Shown in pieces: positions 34,706 to 36,752 of a stretch of 36,752 bases of DNA; position 1 is the first letter of the stretch; every line of letters begins with the position of its first letter. The notes beneath the pieces are model-generated. The model was not told the origin of the DNA, did no database searches, and was given only the letters and a program-made list of their open reading frames with translations. The position numbers and the translations under genes are program-made. Source of the stretch: Paraglomus brasilianum (lineage: Eukaryota); the NCBI GenBank assembly GCA_910592345.1, contig CAJVPI010000286.1, positions 1 to 36,752 on the forward strand, written 5' to 3'.

Positions 34706-36648
34706 AGCTATGTGCATGATGGTGAATCGAACACTTATACACGTTGGTGTTTGATGGTCATAAATCTTGGAATACTGTGTCTTGTTTTCAGATACATGGA
34801 ACAACATATATAGGTTCTCCTTCTCTCATTTCACTCATTTCTGTATGAATTATCCGAAGCCTATTTAACACGGATATCCTTTTTATTCTTGGATTACGGA
34901 TGTTTATTTTTCTCTTTCGTTGATATATACTCGGGTTTTTTTTATACAAATTGGTGATTTAAACCCAAACCCTTAGGAATATTTTACTATTCTTAAATTA
35001 TGTTATTTATTGTAAGTTTTATTCTGATTCATACCCTTCCCCTTTCTACTAATTCACTTTGCTGTAAAGTTTCGGAACCAACTTGTTGAACTTCCCCACT
35101 TTAAGGGAAATCATGTTGTAATGCCTATTCTAAAGAAATGAAATCACGAAATTATCCTTTAACCAATATTCAATGTGGATATGTGGTGGCTATTTAAGCG
35201 ATATTTTGTGTTTGATTTGTAATTGTCTATTCTCTATTTATCCGGGTAATTTGATGGTATATTCTTTTCGTTCGACTCAATTGCCGACACGACTATATTG
35301 CAATCCTGTTCAAGCAATACGCATGCCGTTATTATTACTTTTTGTTTTGAGCAAATCTGAACGATGGCACTTTTTGGAAACCTTTTTTCGTTTCCTCACC
35401 ATCCCCCTCCAATTTTAGGTCACGCCCTTAAAGTTCGATTCAGGGTTCAAAGTAACAGCAATAATGTGTGACCACACGCGGTTTCATACTTGAAATTTGA
35501 ACAGTTTTTTGTCGGTTGGGAACTTGGCATAATATTCCAAAGAAATGCTCATCTTTACAAGGCCCTCCTCGTTAAGTATTTGCCGAACCTGTATCAAAAT
35601 TCTTTAATTATTAATTTGATGAAAGAAAAAAAGAGTGGATTATGTAGGTTAAAGTTCTACTGAAAACGGAAAACTGGAATAATAATAACTTGCAGACATG
35701 ATAATGCAATGAAGAATGACAAAGACATCTTAGCCTATTGTTAATTGACGTTTTTCGCGTGTGGTGATACAGAGAATTGATCACGTGTATCAAATACGTG
35801 CATAATATGAGCTTTTTAGACTCATAGCAACTACTGGAAACTGATAGATGCTGCAAACTCGATATTAAACAAAATCAGTCTGCATAAAAGATCGATAGAA
35901 TAATATAATTGATGTATTGGATAATTTTTCTGCTGTGCTCAGTATTATTTTATTTCACAACATGGATAATATTACATGACAACATGAAGATTTGACGATG
36001 GAGGAAGAGCTACTTGTATATTTTTTGCGTCGCAAGAAAAACGACACGCTTCTATATAAATTATTATACTATGAAGAACAATATTTTGTCACATATTTTG
36101 CGACATGCTACTAAATTAATATCTGTATTACTGAACTAAAATTAGTGCCGATCATGGGTTTGTTTAATATTAACCGCGGAGGAAGATTTTATCATGTGAC
36201 TTACTTATCTGATTCATCAGATCAACTTGCCATAACAACATCTTTGAATTCATCTTTAACAAAAGAGAACATGATTGTCTTAAGGTACGTTTAATATTAC
36301 AAAGACCTTTTCATATATTCCTGAGCATTTTCATTTCAATTTGTTGTTCAATTTATTTTGAAGTTGAGAACTTCCAAAATCATATATTTTTTTTTTCAAG
36401 TTTATAAAACTGAAAACATTGATGTATAAGAATAAATTATGAAAAATTCGACATAACTATCTAGTCCTCAGTTTCAGTGGAGATGTCCTCTAAATAATAA
36501 TCTGTGATCTTTTTCAACAATTATTGATATTGTTTATGGAAGTCTTGAATTAATGACTACAAAAGGATAGGGATTAGCCATAACCAGAATAAATAAAAAT
36601 GCTTGATTATAGATATTATAGTTACCCGCAATGTTAACATTTTTACAG

Positions 36649-36752
36649 CTGACTTTGTTAGACTTGGTAAAGATGTGTTACGGCAAGCCGATCTGATGAA
36701 TCAGATAAGTGAGTCACATGGTAAAATCTTCCTCCGCAGTCAAGCAAAATCC
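36649..36752 (+). other. Possible coding exon running off the window end
   Basis: Branch-like GTTAAC + TTTTTACAG acceptor at 36648; only the phase-1 frame is open (DFVRLGKDVLRQADLMNQISESHGKIFLRSQAKS). Confidence 0.35.

Noticed and set aside
35170..36100. Possible decayed transposase (weak RVVIQR resemblance to Harbinger) and short ORFs
   Set aside because: There are too many stops and no second supporting motif or TIR, so it cannot be supported.

Overview
AT-rich, intron-dense eukaryotic genomic DNA from an early-diverging fungus (Mucoromycota, most likely Glomeromycotina; the taxon is inferred from gene content and repeat style). Conserved spliced housekeeping genes reconstructed by hand: NTH1 (-), TRP4 (+), LSG1 (+), a USP20/33-like deubiquitinase (-), LSM6 (-), NAA25/MDM20 (+) and MDM10 (+). 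These alternate with accessory blocks. (i) 1-5.2 kb holds the 3' end of a gene with near-identical, site-hypervariable TPR repeats, an internally deleted pogo element and a Tc1 relic. (ii) About 8.6-18 kb is a transposon island with several nested MITEs whose insertion order can be read from target-site duplications, Tc1 and Sola-like relics, and one intact two-exon Crinkler-type gene (coiled-coil header + PD-(D/E)XK nuclease-like domain + kinase) bracketed by inverted copies of a GGG-terminated repeat. (iii) 34-36.7 kb holds a tiny spliced Cys/His-rich gene and a possible further exon. The most intriguing signal, which is speculative, is a modular layout of header exon + phase-1 intron with a shared donor context, which could allow effector-domain shuffling. 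No RNA genes or CRISPR arrays were recognised.
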